Below are positions 19,561 through 29,246 of a stretch of 64,000 bases of DNA, piece by piece. This DNA comes from Methanomassiliicoccales archaeon (GTDB taxonomy: Archaea; Thermoplasmatota; Thermoplasmata; RBG-16-68-12; SOIM01), in NCBI GenBank assembly GCA_004377185.1, contig SOIM01000036.1, positions 11,890 through 75,889 on the forward strand, in the 5' to 3' direction. The notes beneath the pieces were generated by a model. The model had not been told where the DNA came from and made no database searches. It saw only the letters and a program-made list of their open reading frames with translations. Each line of letters begins with the position of its first letter. The stretch's first letter is position 1. Made by a program: the position numbers and the translations under genes.

Positions 19561-19822
19561 GAAGTTCTGGTTCATACCCTTCGCTCTAGCTGAGCTAGCC
19601 ACTTGTGCAATATCCGCAATATCTGGATCTCTGAGCATTCCCCCGGTCCTGGGTCCAGGCCTGGCCGTGGACTTGACGTTATTCATCCTGGGCTGTTAAT
19701 GCCACTTCTGCTCCTCTTACCTAGATCCTCAACATTCGAAGAGAAATCTGGGATACTGGATAACGAACTCGAAAGGAGTAATAACCCAGAAAACACTAAA
19801 TAGAGATACTCGGTTTGTCTGT

Positions 19823-21943
19823 GTGGTGTATGGCTTGAGGAAGTTTCGGATCTTATTGGCCCTACTGCTCATTCTTCCATTCCTATACGTTGCCCCGCCC
19901 GTTGAAGCGCAGGAGGTAATAGGAGTCAATCTGATCGTCAACAACTTCCTGAATAACTCAACAGCAAAGGCTCTGTCTTGGCTCGTGTTTGACGGTAACC
20001 CTCCCCCTCCAAGTCAAGTGGATGATGTCATTTTCAATTGGACAGACCCTCAAGGCGTTCTTGCACACACAGATTGGGTCGCCCCGGACGCAAAAGCCGT
20101 GGCGTGGAGCTACTATCAAGTCGACCAGCTCGGTGAATGGACTGTGAACGTGTCCTATGTAGGAAACACCTCTATCTGGAACAACAAGAGCTTCGAGATT
20201 GTAGTGGATCACTGGGGGCCAGGTACGTACATCGTCTCTAGAACAACCCTCGTGTCTGTTGATGCGACACTAACGATTGAACCCGGAACTATAGTCGCCT
20301 TTGACCAGGACAAGGGTCTGGGAATCGAGGGTAAATTAGTGGCCCAGGGCAATGACACTGACCCAGTTGTCTTCACCTCCAACCTCACGACCAAGTCACC
20401 GGGGGATTGGAGCTCTATCACGTTCTACAACAGTAGCGACAACCAGTCAGTGTTTGACTATGTCAGAATCGAATACTCGCGTAAGGGTCTCAACCTGAAA
20501 GGGGCATCGCTACCCATAACCAATTCCACGTTCATCAACAATCTGGAGAGGGCGATCTATAACGAATTCTCTTTCAGCCTAATCATGGGGAACAACATCA
20601 ACAGGGGGGAGCCTGGAATCTCGCCAGTAGGGATATATTCTGGTGTCTCAAATGTTACTATCGAAGCAAACCTCATACAGAACATGAGCACTGGACTTTA
20701 CTTCTCCTACTCAAATCTGACAATGAGAGACAATCTGGTGGTGAACTGTGATCCGCACGGAATGTTCGTAAGGGGCACAATCCTGAACTCAACGAACGAC
20801 AGGTTCTACGAGAACAGAAATGGGGTGGAAATGGATTCTGGATCCAACACTACGTTCGAAGGACTCATTGTGGTCGGGAGGATGGACGGGTTCTCCGTCT
20901 TTGAAGGTTCAAGGGCGGTTCTGTGGAACTCCTCGGTGGAACTCGTACAAATAACCACCTTCGAGCTGGACGGTGGTTCCTACGTCATTCTGGTCAACTG
21001 CAGCTTCTCGAGGATTGATACCAGTCCAGGTGTCTCCATACCTCCAGATGACGATTCGGTCTTGATGATCAAGAACTTCCTCACTGTGGAGGTCCTCTCT
21101 TACGACAACGGAACACATCTGGCAAATGCGACCGTGGAGGTGTATGACATGGGCAACCAGGTGTTTCAGGTTGAGACAGATGCTAGCGGGTTCACCCAGC
21201 CTCTTGTAGTGACGGATCGAACCTATATGCCCACCTTGATAGAGAACTCTACGATCGTTCATGTGAGATATGCCGATCTGTCTTTTGAGAACAACAACCG
21301 CTCGGTGGACATGAGTTCAGGACACATCGAGGTCTTCAGAGGAAGCATCTATGACTTGGACGGGGACGGAGAGCCAGATTTCAGTGACGGTGACATGGAC
21401 GGAGATGATTTGCCCAACGCCCTCGAGGATGGCATTGGAACCAATCCCAGAAACCCAGATACAGACGGTGATGGCATTCCTGACGGGTATGAGTTCCATT
21501 CCGAAATTCTCAATCCTTTGAACGGCCTGGATGCGGCTCAGGACTATGATCAGGACGGTCTCACAAACCTCGAGGAGTATCAGAACGGAACCTATCCCGG
21601 TCGGGCTGACAGCGATGGGGACGGAGTGGATGATCTGGTTGAGATGGGATGTGGATTGAACCCCCTCAATGCCACCGATGCAGCCGGGGATTGGGACAAT
21701 GACGGTTTCAGCAATGGGGAGGAGTGTAAGGCTGGGACTGATTTGAATAACCCGGAAGACAAGCCTCCACCTGCGTTGGATTGGTTGCTCGTTACTCTGA
21801 TTGTCGCTATTGTGATTATTTTGGTCTTGATTGTTGCTCTTGTGGTACGAGGGAGGCGTGGTGAATCCCCGGCGGAAGAGGAGGAGCCCTCCGAAGAAGA
21901 TGAGGAAGAAATCGCTGAGGAATCCTCAGAAGAGACTGACTGA
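19823..21943 (+). CDS. Exported beta-helix protein with thrombospondin-type-3-like Ca-binding repeats, C-terminal TM anchor and acidic tail.
   Basis: Signal peptide. Parallel beta-helix repeats. D-x-D-G-D repeats (DLDGDGEPDFSDGDMDGDD...DTDGDGIPDGYE...DSDGDGVDD...DWDNDGFSNGEE). TM LLVTLIVAIVIILVLIVALVV followed by RGRRG and a poly-E tail. Confidence 0.65.
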   Translation: MVYGLRKFRILLALLLILPFLYVAPPVEAQEVIGVNLIVNNFLNNSTAKALSWLVFDGNPPPPSQVDDVIFNWTDPQGVLAHTDWVAPDAKAVAWSYYQVDQLGEWTVNVSYVGNTSIWNNKSFEIVVDHWGPGTYIVSRTTLVSVDATLTIEPGTIVAFDQDKGLGIEGKLVAQGNDTDPVVFTSNLTTKSPGDWSSITFYNSSDNQSVFDYVRIEYSRKGLNLKGASLPITNSTFINNLERAIYNEFSFSLIMGNNINRGEPGISPVGIYSGVSNVTIEANLIQNMSTGLYFSYSNLTMRDNLVVNCDPHGMFVRGTILNSTNDRFYENRNGVEMDSGSNTTFEGLIVVGRMDGFSVFEGSRAVLWNSSVELVQITTFELDGGSYVILVNCSFSRIDTSPGVSIPPDDDSVLMIKNFLTVEVLSYDNGTHLANATVEVYDMGNQVFQVETDASGFTQPLVVTDRTYMPTLIENSTIVHVRYADLSFENNNRSVDMSSGHIEVFRGSIYDLDGDGEPDFSDGDMDGDDLPNALEDGIGTNPRNPDTDGDGIPDGYEFHSEILNPLNGLDAAQDYDQDGLTNLEEYQNGTYPGRADSDGDGVDDLVEMGCGLNPLNATDAAGDWDNDGFSNGEECKAGTDLNNPEDKPPPALDWLLVTLIVAIVIILVLIVALVVRGRRGESPAEEEEPSEEDEEEIAEESSEETD

Positions 21944-22016
21944 CACTGGCACATTTATCACTATCGATTTTCTGAGCAATATCATTCATATATCTCGTCC
22001 AGCAATATTTTGAAAG

Positions 22017-22316
22017 ATGAATGATTCTCACGGTGGAGAATATGGAATTATGGACAAGGACGTCCGCCAGCTGGCCTGCGTTTGCGGTTTGAGATTGTTT
22101 TCGGACCCCTATGACGTGGACGCACTGTTCACCAAGGGTTTGATACTGGCCAAGCTGGGGAACATAGAGGGGGCAGTTGAGATTCTGAGCGGTGTCATGG
22201 CCGCTAACCCGGAGTACCCTGGAGGCTGGAGGGTCCTGGGAACACTGTATCAGATGATGGGGGACTCTGAAATGTCGAGGGAATGCATCAGCAAATCCAG
22301 TCTTTATGTGGAGTAG
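22017..22316 (+). CDS. Small TPR-like repeat protein.
   Basis: 99 aa with one or two TPR-like helix pairs (ALFTKGLILAKLGNIEGAVEIL...NPEYPGGWRVLGTLYQMMGD). Confidence 0.3.
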   Translation: MNDSHGGEYGIMDKDVRQLACVCGLRLFSDPYDVDALFTKGLILAKLGNIEGAVEILSGVMAANPEYPGGWRVLGTLYQMMGDSEMSRECISKSSLYVE

Positions 22317-22634
22317 AGGGTTGAGAACTCAGCCTGGAGGATAATTCTCAAAAGTGTTGCCACTGAGGCATTCTGTGTGTTTCAAGCCCTATTGGAGACT
22401 ACTCAACGAGCTTCAAAGGGTGGTCACAGCAGGAAATACCGCACGCATGGGGGTCGCAGGTCTCGCAGGCTCCTACCACCTTCAACTGCAGGCCGCAGCT
22501 GGGACATTCGTACACCTAGCCGACCTTCATGTCACCACAACTTGTCACTCATCCTCCTCCTTTTTCGCAGAATTCTCTATCGAGAAGTGCGATATGAAAC
22601 CATGCTGAGTTTGGTATAAGTATGTTGCTTGGTC

Positions 22635-25487
22635 CTAATTCGTAACTGTCCAATCGAAATCTTCCGAGACGTGTATCCAGTATCCGTTCCCGAACTGCAT
22701 GATGTCCGAGCCAGCAAGCCTCTTGAGATACCACGGTGGGTCTCCAGGGTCGTAACCTTCTACCTTCTGGTATATGGCCCCATCGAAGGAATCGCTCACG
22801 GTGCGGTCAAAAAAGGATGCATAGCCGATGAAGTTCCACCCCACAACGAGGCGAATAGTGGTGCTCAGAGGAACAAGACCAGCGACCGTGAGATAGCATT
22901 CTTGGGATACTTCTACCCATAGGGCCATCTTCTCATTAACGTTCTTCAGGGAGTTGTATGGTTTTCGAGTGTCAAATGTCCTCCAGTTGTGCCTTTTCCC
23001 AGCCATCGCATCGTAGTATAGGATTCTCTTGTAGCTGGCTGTTTGGAACACCTCTTGGATGCTGGTGTCCGACATAATCACCGGTATCGAAATCAACTGC
23101 ATTCCAGATGGCATATGCCTAGCAAACTTCACAGCCTGCTGCCCAAAGGTCTTCTGTCCGATTTCGTCCACAGCCTTCACTATGTAGAAGTAGGTGTTGT
23201 TATCGCCATGGCCTCCGTCTGAATGGATGTATGAGGTGGTTCCGGCCGGAACGGTTTGCAGAAGAGCATAGCCAGCGCCGTTCCTGTCATATGTTGTCCC
23301 GTAGTATATCTCATACGCCACTACGTCATCCTCGACTCCCCCATCATCAGGCGATAGTGACCAGGAAATCACAACGTCGGCCAGACCACTTCCTGATAGA
23401 ACGGCGTCCCGGATCTCAGCCTCACCAGGGGTCTCATCTCTTATGATTGCGTAAGTTGTAGCAGTATCTGTCAGGTTGTCGTCATCCGTGACAGTAAGGG
23501 TAATTGTGAAATTCCCACCGGATGAATAGACGTGGCTCACCCACCAGCCGTGCGCTTTTGGAGAACCATCCCCGAAATCCCATTCCAGATCAACTATCGT
23601 GCCATCAAGGTCATGGGACCCGTTTCCTGTGATGTCTACCGGGAAGTTCTTCCTACCCGAGTAAGGGCCATCTGGGTCTGAGATCGGTGGAACCAGCTCA
23701 GGAAGTACCATAATGAGAGCGGTATCGCTGTCCGTCAGATTGTCATCATCTGTTACCAAGAGTGTTGCCGTGTAGTTTCCTATACTGCTGTAGGTGTGAT
23801 TGACAATTTCACCGTGCTTAGTCGGAGAGCCATCCCCGAAGTCCCATGTCCAATCCACAATGACTCCATCTGGATCAGTGGAACCTGACCCATCGAAGAC
23901 GACCAGATCGTTGACATGCACTACTTGATCAGGTCCAGCATCCGCCACTGGAGGATATCCCACAACGTAAACCGTCACGTAGTCTTTGTCAGTCAGATTG
24001 TCGTTGTCGGTCACCGTCAGAGTCACAGTATACTGGCCTATTGCAGAGTAGGCGTGAGACACATTTTCGCCCCAGTCCTCATCTCCGTCACCAAAGAGCC
24101 AGTGGTAGGAGACAATCCATCCATCAGGATCATAGGAATTGCTTCCGTTAAACCACGCGGACTGACCTTTATCCACGCTTTGACTTGTTGGTAAAGCAAT
24201 CGCAACGGGGTTGTTGTCTCTAACGTTGACTGTAACGTAGTCCTTGTCAGTCATGCTTGAGTTATCTGTCACAATGAGGGTAACTGTGTAATTGCCTGAC
24301 GCAGAATATGCGTGCGTGACATACTCTCCCCAGTCCTCATCTCCGTCACCGAAGAGCCAATGATAGGAGACGATCGATCCATCCGGGTCGTATGAATCGC
24401 TTCCATTGAACCATGCGGATTGGCCGACATTTACCGTCTGGTTGTCGGGTCTGGCAATCGCGACAGGGGGCTGACCTTGGGGTCCTAGACTTGGGCAGCC
24501 CACTACGGGGTCGATGAATGGATAGTTGTCCTGATTCTTGGGTAGGATGTAGTAAGGTGTGTCGCCAATTCCGTCACCATCGCCATCAGTGCCATTGTAG
24601 TCACCCCAGTAGTTCCCCGCAGAACCATTGTCCCATGATGTCCAATCTCGATTATCCCAGGCGTTGTCCGTGTGGTTATAGATGTTGTTATGATGTACGT
24701 AGAGATCGGCGTCATAGAGACTGATTCCATACTCATCATTATCACTGAAAAGATTGCATGCGATTTCCCATCCTGAGGCGCCGTACGCCCGGATCCCGCC
24801 ATTCCGGTTTCCAAAGAATTCGCTGTTGTAAAGTTTGCTATATCCCGACATCGCAGCGTCTATGTAAATCCCATGGTCCACGTTGCCTGTTATCGTAGAA
24901 TCGACGATTGTGTTGTCTGAGGAGGATTTTCCAAAATACATCCCACTGGTTCTGCTTCTACTGACTGAAACGCTTTCGAAGGTATTGTTCGAAGAGTATA
25001 CAATTATCCCCTGAAAAATCTGTGAGAAACTCGTGTAGGAAAAACTGTTCCAGTCAGAGCGTATTCGCACGTCTTCCGCATAGTTGATATAGGCCCACGA
25101 TACATCGGCCCTGCCCACGCTCATGATTGTTAGGTTGCCCCAACTCCCCGGGAACGGCGTGGTAAGATTTGAAGTCAGTCTTACTCTGTCAAGCTTCTCA
25201 CCAAGAATCCTTAGATAGCCATAAACGAACAGAGAACGGAAGTTTTCAAAGCGAACAGAGACACCCTTTTCTATAGTGAGCGTCACATTGTAGTCCACGT
25301 ATACGTCACCAACAACTATGTAGGGACTGCCTGACTGGTTCCAGATAGTGTCAGTCTTTATGTGTCCTCCGACTATCGTCCACGCCCCGACGTTCGGACT
25401 CAGGGTAACGCTTACGCTCAAGAATCCTGCCCACACCATCAGGAGAACTACTGCTACGGAGCCTCCCTTTCTGCCCACTTTGGACAT
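22635..25487 (-). CDS. Large exported protein: N-terminal right-handed beta-helix, at least four PKD domains (two near-identical in tandem), and a C-terminal domain.
   Basis: Signal peptide. PKD signatures WFNGSDSYDPDGSIVSYHWLFGDGDEDWGEY and WFNGSNSYDPDGWIVSYHWLFGDGDEDWGEN, then VVFDGSGSTDPDGVIVDWTWDFGDGSP and DLEWDFGDGSP. Confidence 0.7.
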   Translation of the reverse strand: MSKVGRKGGSVAVVLLMVWAGFLSVSVTLSPNVGAWTIVGGHIKTDTIWNQSGSPYIVVGDVYVDYNVTLTIEKGVSVRFENFRSLFVYGYLRILGEKLDRVRLTSNLTTPFPGSWGNLTIMSVGRADVSWAYINYAEDVRIRSDWNSFSYTSFSQIFQGIIVYSSNNTFESVSVSRSRTSGMYFGKSSSDNTIVDSTITGNVDHGIYIDAAMSGYSKLYNSEFFGNRNGGIRAYGASGWEIACNLFSDNDEYGISLYDADLYVHHNNIYNHTDNAWDNRDWTSWDNGSAGNYWGDYNGTDGDGDGIGDTPYYILPKNQDNYPFIDPVVGCPSLGPQGQPPVAIARPDNQTVNVGQSAWFNGSDSYDPDGSIVSYHWLFGDGDEDWGEYVTHAYSASGNYTVTLIVTDNSSMTDKDYVTVNVRDNNPVAIALPTSQSVDKGQSAWFNGSNSYDPDGWIVSYHWLFGDGDEDWGENVSHAYSAIGQYTVTLTVTDNDNLTDKDYVTVYVVGYPPVADAGPDQVVHVNDLVVFDGSGSTDPDGVIVDWTWDFGDGSPTKHGEIVNHTYSSIGNYTATLLVTDDDNLTDSDTALIMVLPELVPPISDPDGPYSGRKNFPVDITGNGSHDLDGTIVDLEWDFGDGSPKAHGWWVSHVYSSGGNFTITLTVTDDDNLTDTATTYAIIRDETPGEAEIRDAVLSGSGLADVVISWSLSPDDGGVEDDVVAYEIYYGTTYDRNGAGYALLQTVPAGTTSYIHSDGGHGDNNTYFYIVKAVDEIGQKTFGQQAVKFARHMPSGMQLISIPVIMSDTSIQEVFQTASYKRILYYDAMAGKRHNWRTFDTRKPYNSLKNVNEKMALWVEVSQECYLTVAGLVPLSTTIRLVVGWNFIGYASFFDRTVSDSFDGAIYQKVEGYDPGDPPWYLKRLAGSDIMQFGNGYWIHVSEDFDWTVTN

Positions 25488-25566
25488 CTCTACTCCACCG
25501 TTCTCAAAATACTCTCGTTGCTATAAGATGATATTTGTTCTATGTTCTATTTGCTTTTAAGCATCC

Positions 25567-28167
25567 CTAGGACTCTTTCTTTGAGTCCGTGATATAGTGT
25601 CTGAGGGTCATCCCGTGCTTTTCTGTTCTCAGTCTTTGCGACTTCTTCAGTTTGTTGATATGATAGCTCACTGTTGGTTGGCTCATTCCCAGGTGAGCGG
25701 CAATCTCCTTCTGAGATATCCCCGGACTCTCTCTCACCAGCTCCAAAATCATTATCTCAATCTTGGTTGGAAATGCCCTCTCCGGGACTCTCATCCCAAT
25801 CGGGAAGAATCTTCGATATTTGCCGTCCTTGATGGATTTGACCATGTCCTCTCTCTCCAGAACGTTGAGATGGTGAGCAAGCGTTCCGTTTCTCAGGTCC
25901 AGTGCCGCTTTGATGGAGTTGAAGTGATCGCCTGGGTTCGCAATTATGTATCCTCTTATCATACCTCTCGTTTCGTGGTCCAGAACATCTCTTCTTCTCA
26001 ATCTGGAATATAGCGGCAGGAAAAAGAGGAGAATAGAGTACTTCGCCGATTCTCTGCTGAAGGCCCCAGCGAATGAAAGGATGCAAGCCAGAAGAATCCC
26101 AGCCACCACCAATAAGAAGGGAAACTCTCCAGACGGAACGACTATCTGGCAGACCGCGTTTCGTGCGTACTCCCTTATGAAGTCCCCGTTGCTGTCCGTG
26201 TAGTTGAGAAAGGCCCAGACTTCTATCTGTTCGGATTCCTGCAGATCGCCTTCGAAGCTCAAGAATATCTCAAATTCGTAATAGCCTGGCCCAACATCAG
26301 AAAAGAGATATTTGAGATTTCCAACGGCAGTTCCTCCTATCGTTGCGGACGTATCGCTCAAGTATCTTAAGGAGGAAGGTATTGAGAGATTCAGCCAGGC
26401 ACTCTGCGATGGCACTGACCCGGTGTTGTTCAGGAAAACGGTAAAGACTAGCGTTTCATCACTCTCAAATGTCCTTTTGCTGCTCGCTATCTGTGAAGAC
26501 AGTATCGGGGAATGAATGGTAATGGTTATCTTGTCCGTGGCTGTTGGCAAGCCCTCTCCGCGTTCGTTGGTGTGATCAAGCTGCAGATCTATGTCCAGTG
26601 TCTGCATATCAGTGGTACCAGAGCTAATTCGTGTGACTATCCTGAACGATCGGTCTCCCTGAGGGACATTCGTGAACTCCCACCGGTAGTTGCCAGTCTT
26701 CACTCCTCCCGCGTCCGTTGCATTGTCCGAGATGTATTCAATCTCCCCTGGGAAGGTGACATTGAGCCAAGTGGCAAGAGAGGGAAGCGGGGAGGTGTTA
26801 CGAATCAGTATGTCGAATTCAAAGACATCATTTGGCGTTGAGGTGGCCACTCTGCTCCCCACGATTAGCTCAAGGAAGACTTGCTCAATCACGGTCGACG
26901 CATTTGAAGACAGATTGCCCAGAGGCACTCCCACAGAGTTGGTGTAATTCAGAGATGCACGATTGGTCAGAATGGACCCTCCCTGAGCAGAGGCGTTGAT
27001 TCTGGCCTGAATATGGAATTGACGCTCACCTGGAACAAGGTCATCCAGCGTCCAAGAGCATGTGTTGCTGATGATAGAATCGCAGTCTGGAGAGGATGAG
27101 AAGTATGTTGTGTCAATAGGAAGAGTGTCGCTTATCCAGACCGTTCTTGCTACACCCAGGCCTGTGTTGTTGATTATCAAAGAATAGTCTAGCAGATCTC
27201 CGACTGAGGCAAGACCCTTGTCAACCATCTTCTGAAATGTGATATTCGGTATGACGACCATTGTGGTATTTGTGGCAAATTCATCCTGAAACAAGATGCC
27301 CTTAGTATTCCTGTAAGACAGAAACAGATCGTTGATTATCAGCGTGCCATCCGAGAGACCGGACATAGCTTGGACTTTGAGCTCGAAAGAGAGTGAACCC
27401 GTGACATCGGAGAAGCTCCAGTTGTACGGCCCGGTCTTTTTCCCGCCAATCGAAGAAGTTGTGTCGTTGATATAGATTAGGGATGGGGGTAAGAAGTCAT
27501 CAATCAATACTTCAGAAGCATTTGCGCTCCCAACGTTCTGGAAGGAGATTGTGTAATTGAAGACCTGTCCAGGGGAAATCTTGTAAGCTTCTGCAGTCTT
27601 TGACAGTAGCATCACTGGTCTATGGGCCGTAACGGAAGCGAAAGCATCTGGTGGGGGTGTCATAGGTTGGCCAAGGTGGTTCAAATAGTCAAGGTGAGCC
27701 GAAAAAGTCATTAGCTCCCCATCCAAAGCGCTGTCCAGTACGTTGAATTCGATTATGAAACTGTGGTTGGTAACGTTCATGTTTGGAAATGTCCAATTGA
27801 AATCCCCCGTTTTGATGCCAAGCTCAATAAATGAATCATCCCAAACGTAATTTAGTTGAAGAGGGACGGAGACGTTGATCCAAACAGAAGAAGCATTGTT
27901 CGTACCTGTATTGTTGAAGAAGACCGTGAGTATCAAAGTGTCACCGGGCTCCACATCTGCAGCGCTCACCGCCACATCCAAGCTCATCGAAGGATTTGCC
28001 CTTGCATTGGGAACCATGAACTGGCCCAACGATGTCAGAAGGAATACTATTGCGAACAGAAGTCTTCCGAGATTGATGGATTTGAACTTCTTCTCTTTCT
28101 TGTGGAGTGTCATCTGCCCACCTATTCGCGAATCAAATCCGAGATGCCCCTCGCCGTGTAAAAGCAT
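25567..28167 (-). CDS. Membrane-anchored putative one-component regulator: signal peptide, ~650-aa extracellular DUF11/CARDB-like repeat domain, single TM helix, two cytoplasmic winged-helix (ArsR/MarR-like) DNA-binding domains.
   Basis: N-terminal LGRLLFAIVFLLTSLGQFMVPNARA. Repeated beta-sandwich modules. TM FPFLLVVAGILLACILSFAGAF. C-terminal segments ETRGMIRGYIIANPGDHFNSIKAALDLRNGTLAHHLNVLERED and KIEIMILELVRESPGISQKEIAAHLGMSQPTVSYHINKL are classical wHTH recognition helices. Confidence 0.65.
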   Translation of the reverse strand: MLLHGEGHLGFDSRIGGQMTLHKKEKKFKSINLGRLLFAIVFLLTSLGQFMVPNARANPSMSLDVAVSAADVEPGDTLILTVFFNNTGTNNASSVWINVSVPLQLNYVWDDSFIELGIKTGDFNWTFPNMNVTNHSFIIEFNVLDSALDGELMTFSAHLDYLNHLGQPMTPPPDAFASVTAHRPVMLLSKTAEAYKISPGQVFNYTISFQNVGSANASEVLIDDFLPPSLIYINDTTSSIGGKKTGPYNWSFSDVTGSLSFELKVQAMSGLSDGTLIINDLFLSYRNTKGILFQDEFATNTTMVVIPNITFQKMVDKGLASVGDLLDYSLIINNTGLGVARTVWISDTLPIDTTYFSSSPDCDSIISNTCSWTLDDLVPGERQFHIQARINASAQGGSILTNRASLNYTNSVGVPLGNLSSNASTVIEQVFLELIVGSRVATSTPNDVFEFDILIRNTSPLPSLATWLNVTFPGEIEYISDNATDAGGVKTGNYRWEFTNVPQGDRSFRIVTRISSGTTDMQTLDIDLQLDHTNERGEGLPTATDKITITIHSPILSSQIASSKRTFESDETLVFTVFLNNTGSVPSQSAWLNLSIPSSLRYLSDTSATIGGTAVGNLKYLFSDVGPGYYEFEIFLSFEGDLQESEQIEVWAFLNYTDSNGDFIREYARNAVCQIVVPSGEFPFLLVVAGILLACILSFAGAFSRESAKYSILLFFLPLYSRLRRRDVLDHETRGMIRGYIIANPGDHFNSIKAALDLRNGTLAHHLNVLEREDMVKSIKDGKYRRFFPIGMRVPERAFPTKIEIMILELVRESPGISQKEIAAHLGMSQPTVSYHINKLKKSQRLRTEKHGMTLRHYITDSKKES

Positions 28168-28214
28168 CTCCCTAGAGCATATTTAAAGATGGTTGTTCAA
28201 TCTTCTATGTACCT

Positions 28215-29174
28215 GTGACTTGGAAAAAGCAACCTTTCATATCGCTGATAGGTGCCAACCCTAGAAAGAATTATAGCCCTCTATTCGCATTACCCCCACC
28301 GAAGGGATGGGAAATGATCGATGATTCTTCTGAGCTTGAGAAAGATGCAAAGGATAGAAACCAGGTTCAACATTCATTGAACGAATACTTCGAGAATTCG
28401 GGACCAACCGGTTTGGCTTATTTCATGTCCGAGATCGACCCAGACAATTTTGAGGAATCTCTCAGAGGCGTTATCACAAGATACCCGGAAGAGCCTACAT
28501 TGAGGGTGATTTACGCAAAGCATTTGATAGAGACGGGCAGACCCGCCGCTGCCATCGAGCAACTGAGAAAGGCTCTAAAGAAGGACGATTCCCTGGTGGA
28601 AGCTCGCTTGTTCCTCATCCAATCCTTGGCCACGATAGCTCAGTACGAGTTGGCGGAGAAGCATTGTGAAGCATATCTCAACAGGGAGCCAGAGGACCCG
28701 TACGGAAACCTCTACATGGGGATGATTGGCGAAAGGCTACTCCATCCGGACGATTCGAAGTACCTGCAGAAGGCAGTGGATCTCGCACTCGAAGAGGATT
28801 ACACGGACGAAGTGTTCGAGAATTTCGCTTCCTTTGCAGGAGCGGTCGGCTTCTCAGATCATGAACAGTGGCTTTATCGAAAGTGGGCGGAGGCCCAACC
28901 CGAGAACTCCGATCCCCTGAATCAACTGGCATTGATTTTGGAGAGCTACGGGAATCTGGATGAATGCGTGTCGCTGTACACGAAGTCACTGGAATTGGAA
29001 CCACAGAATCCCTGGACGTATCTTTCGCTTGCAGAGGTATACCATTCCAAGGGTGAGAACGAAAACGCCCGAGAGGTCTGTAATAAGTGTCTGGAGCTTA
29101 TCTCAGAAGAAGCAAGCGAAGAGAATTGGGTGGCCCTGAAAGAAATCTCTTCCTTCATGAAGAAGTTGAAGTAG
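28215..29174 (+). CDS. TPR-repeat protein.
   Basis: Multiple 34-aa TPR-like repeats (AKHLIETGRPAAAIEQLRKALKKD..., LALILESYGNLDECVSLYTKSLELEP...). Confidence 0.55.
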   Translation: MTWKKQPFISLIGANPRKNYSPLFALPPPKGWEMIDDSSELEKDAKDRNQVQHSLNEYFENSGPTGLAYFMSEIDPDNFEESLRGVITRYPEEPTLRVIYAKHLIETGRPAAAIEQLRKALKKDDSLVEARLFLIQSLATIAQYELAEKHCEAYLNREPEDPYGNLYMGMIGERLLHPDDSKYLQKAVDLALEEDYTDEVFENFASFAGAVGFSDHEQWLYRKWAEAQPENSDPLNQLALILESYGNLDECVSLYTKSLELEPQNPWTYLSLAEVYHSKGENENAREVCNKCLELISEEASEENWVALKEISSFMKKLK

Positions 29175-29246
29175 TTCACTGCAAGGGCCGGGACCTTTTC
29201 AGCAATCTGTTTTCTTATCAAAATGCTAATATATTAGCACATATCA

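Noticed and set aside
22354-22619. ORFs 22354..22608 and 22377..22619 as genes.
   Set aside because: They are mutually overlapping in different frames, low-complexity, and lack a start context. The region is treated as non-coding.
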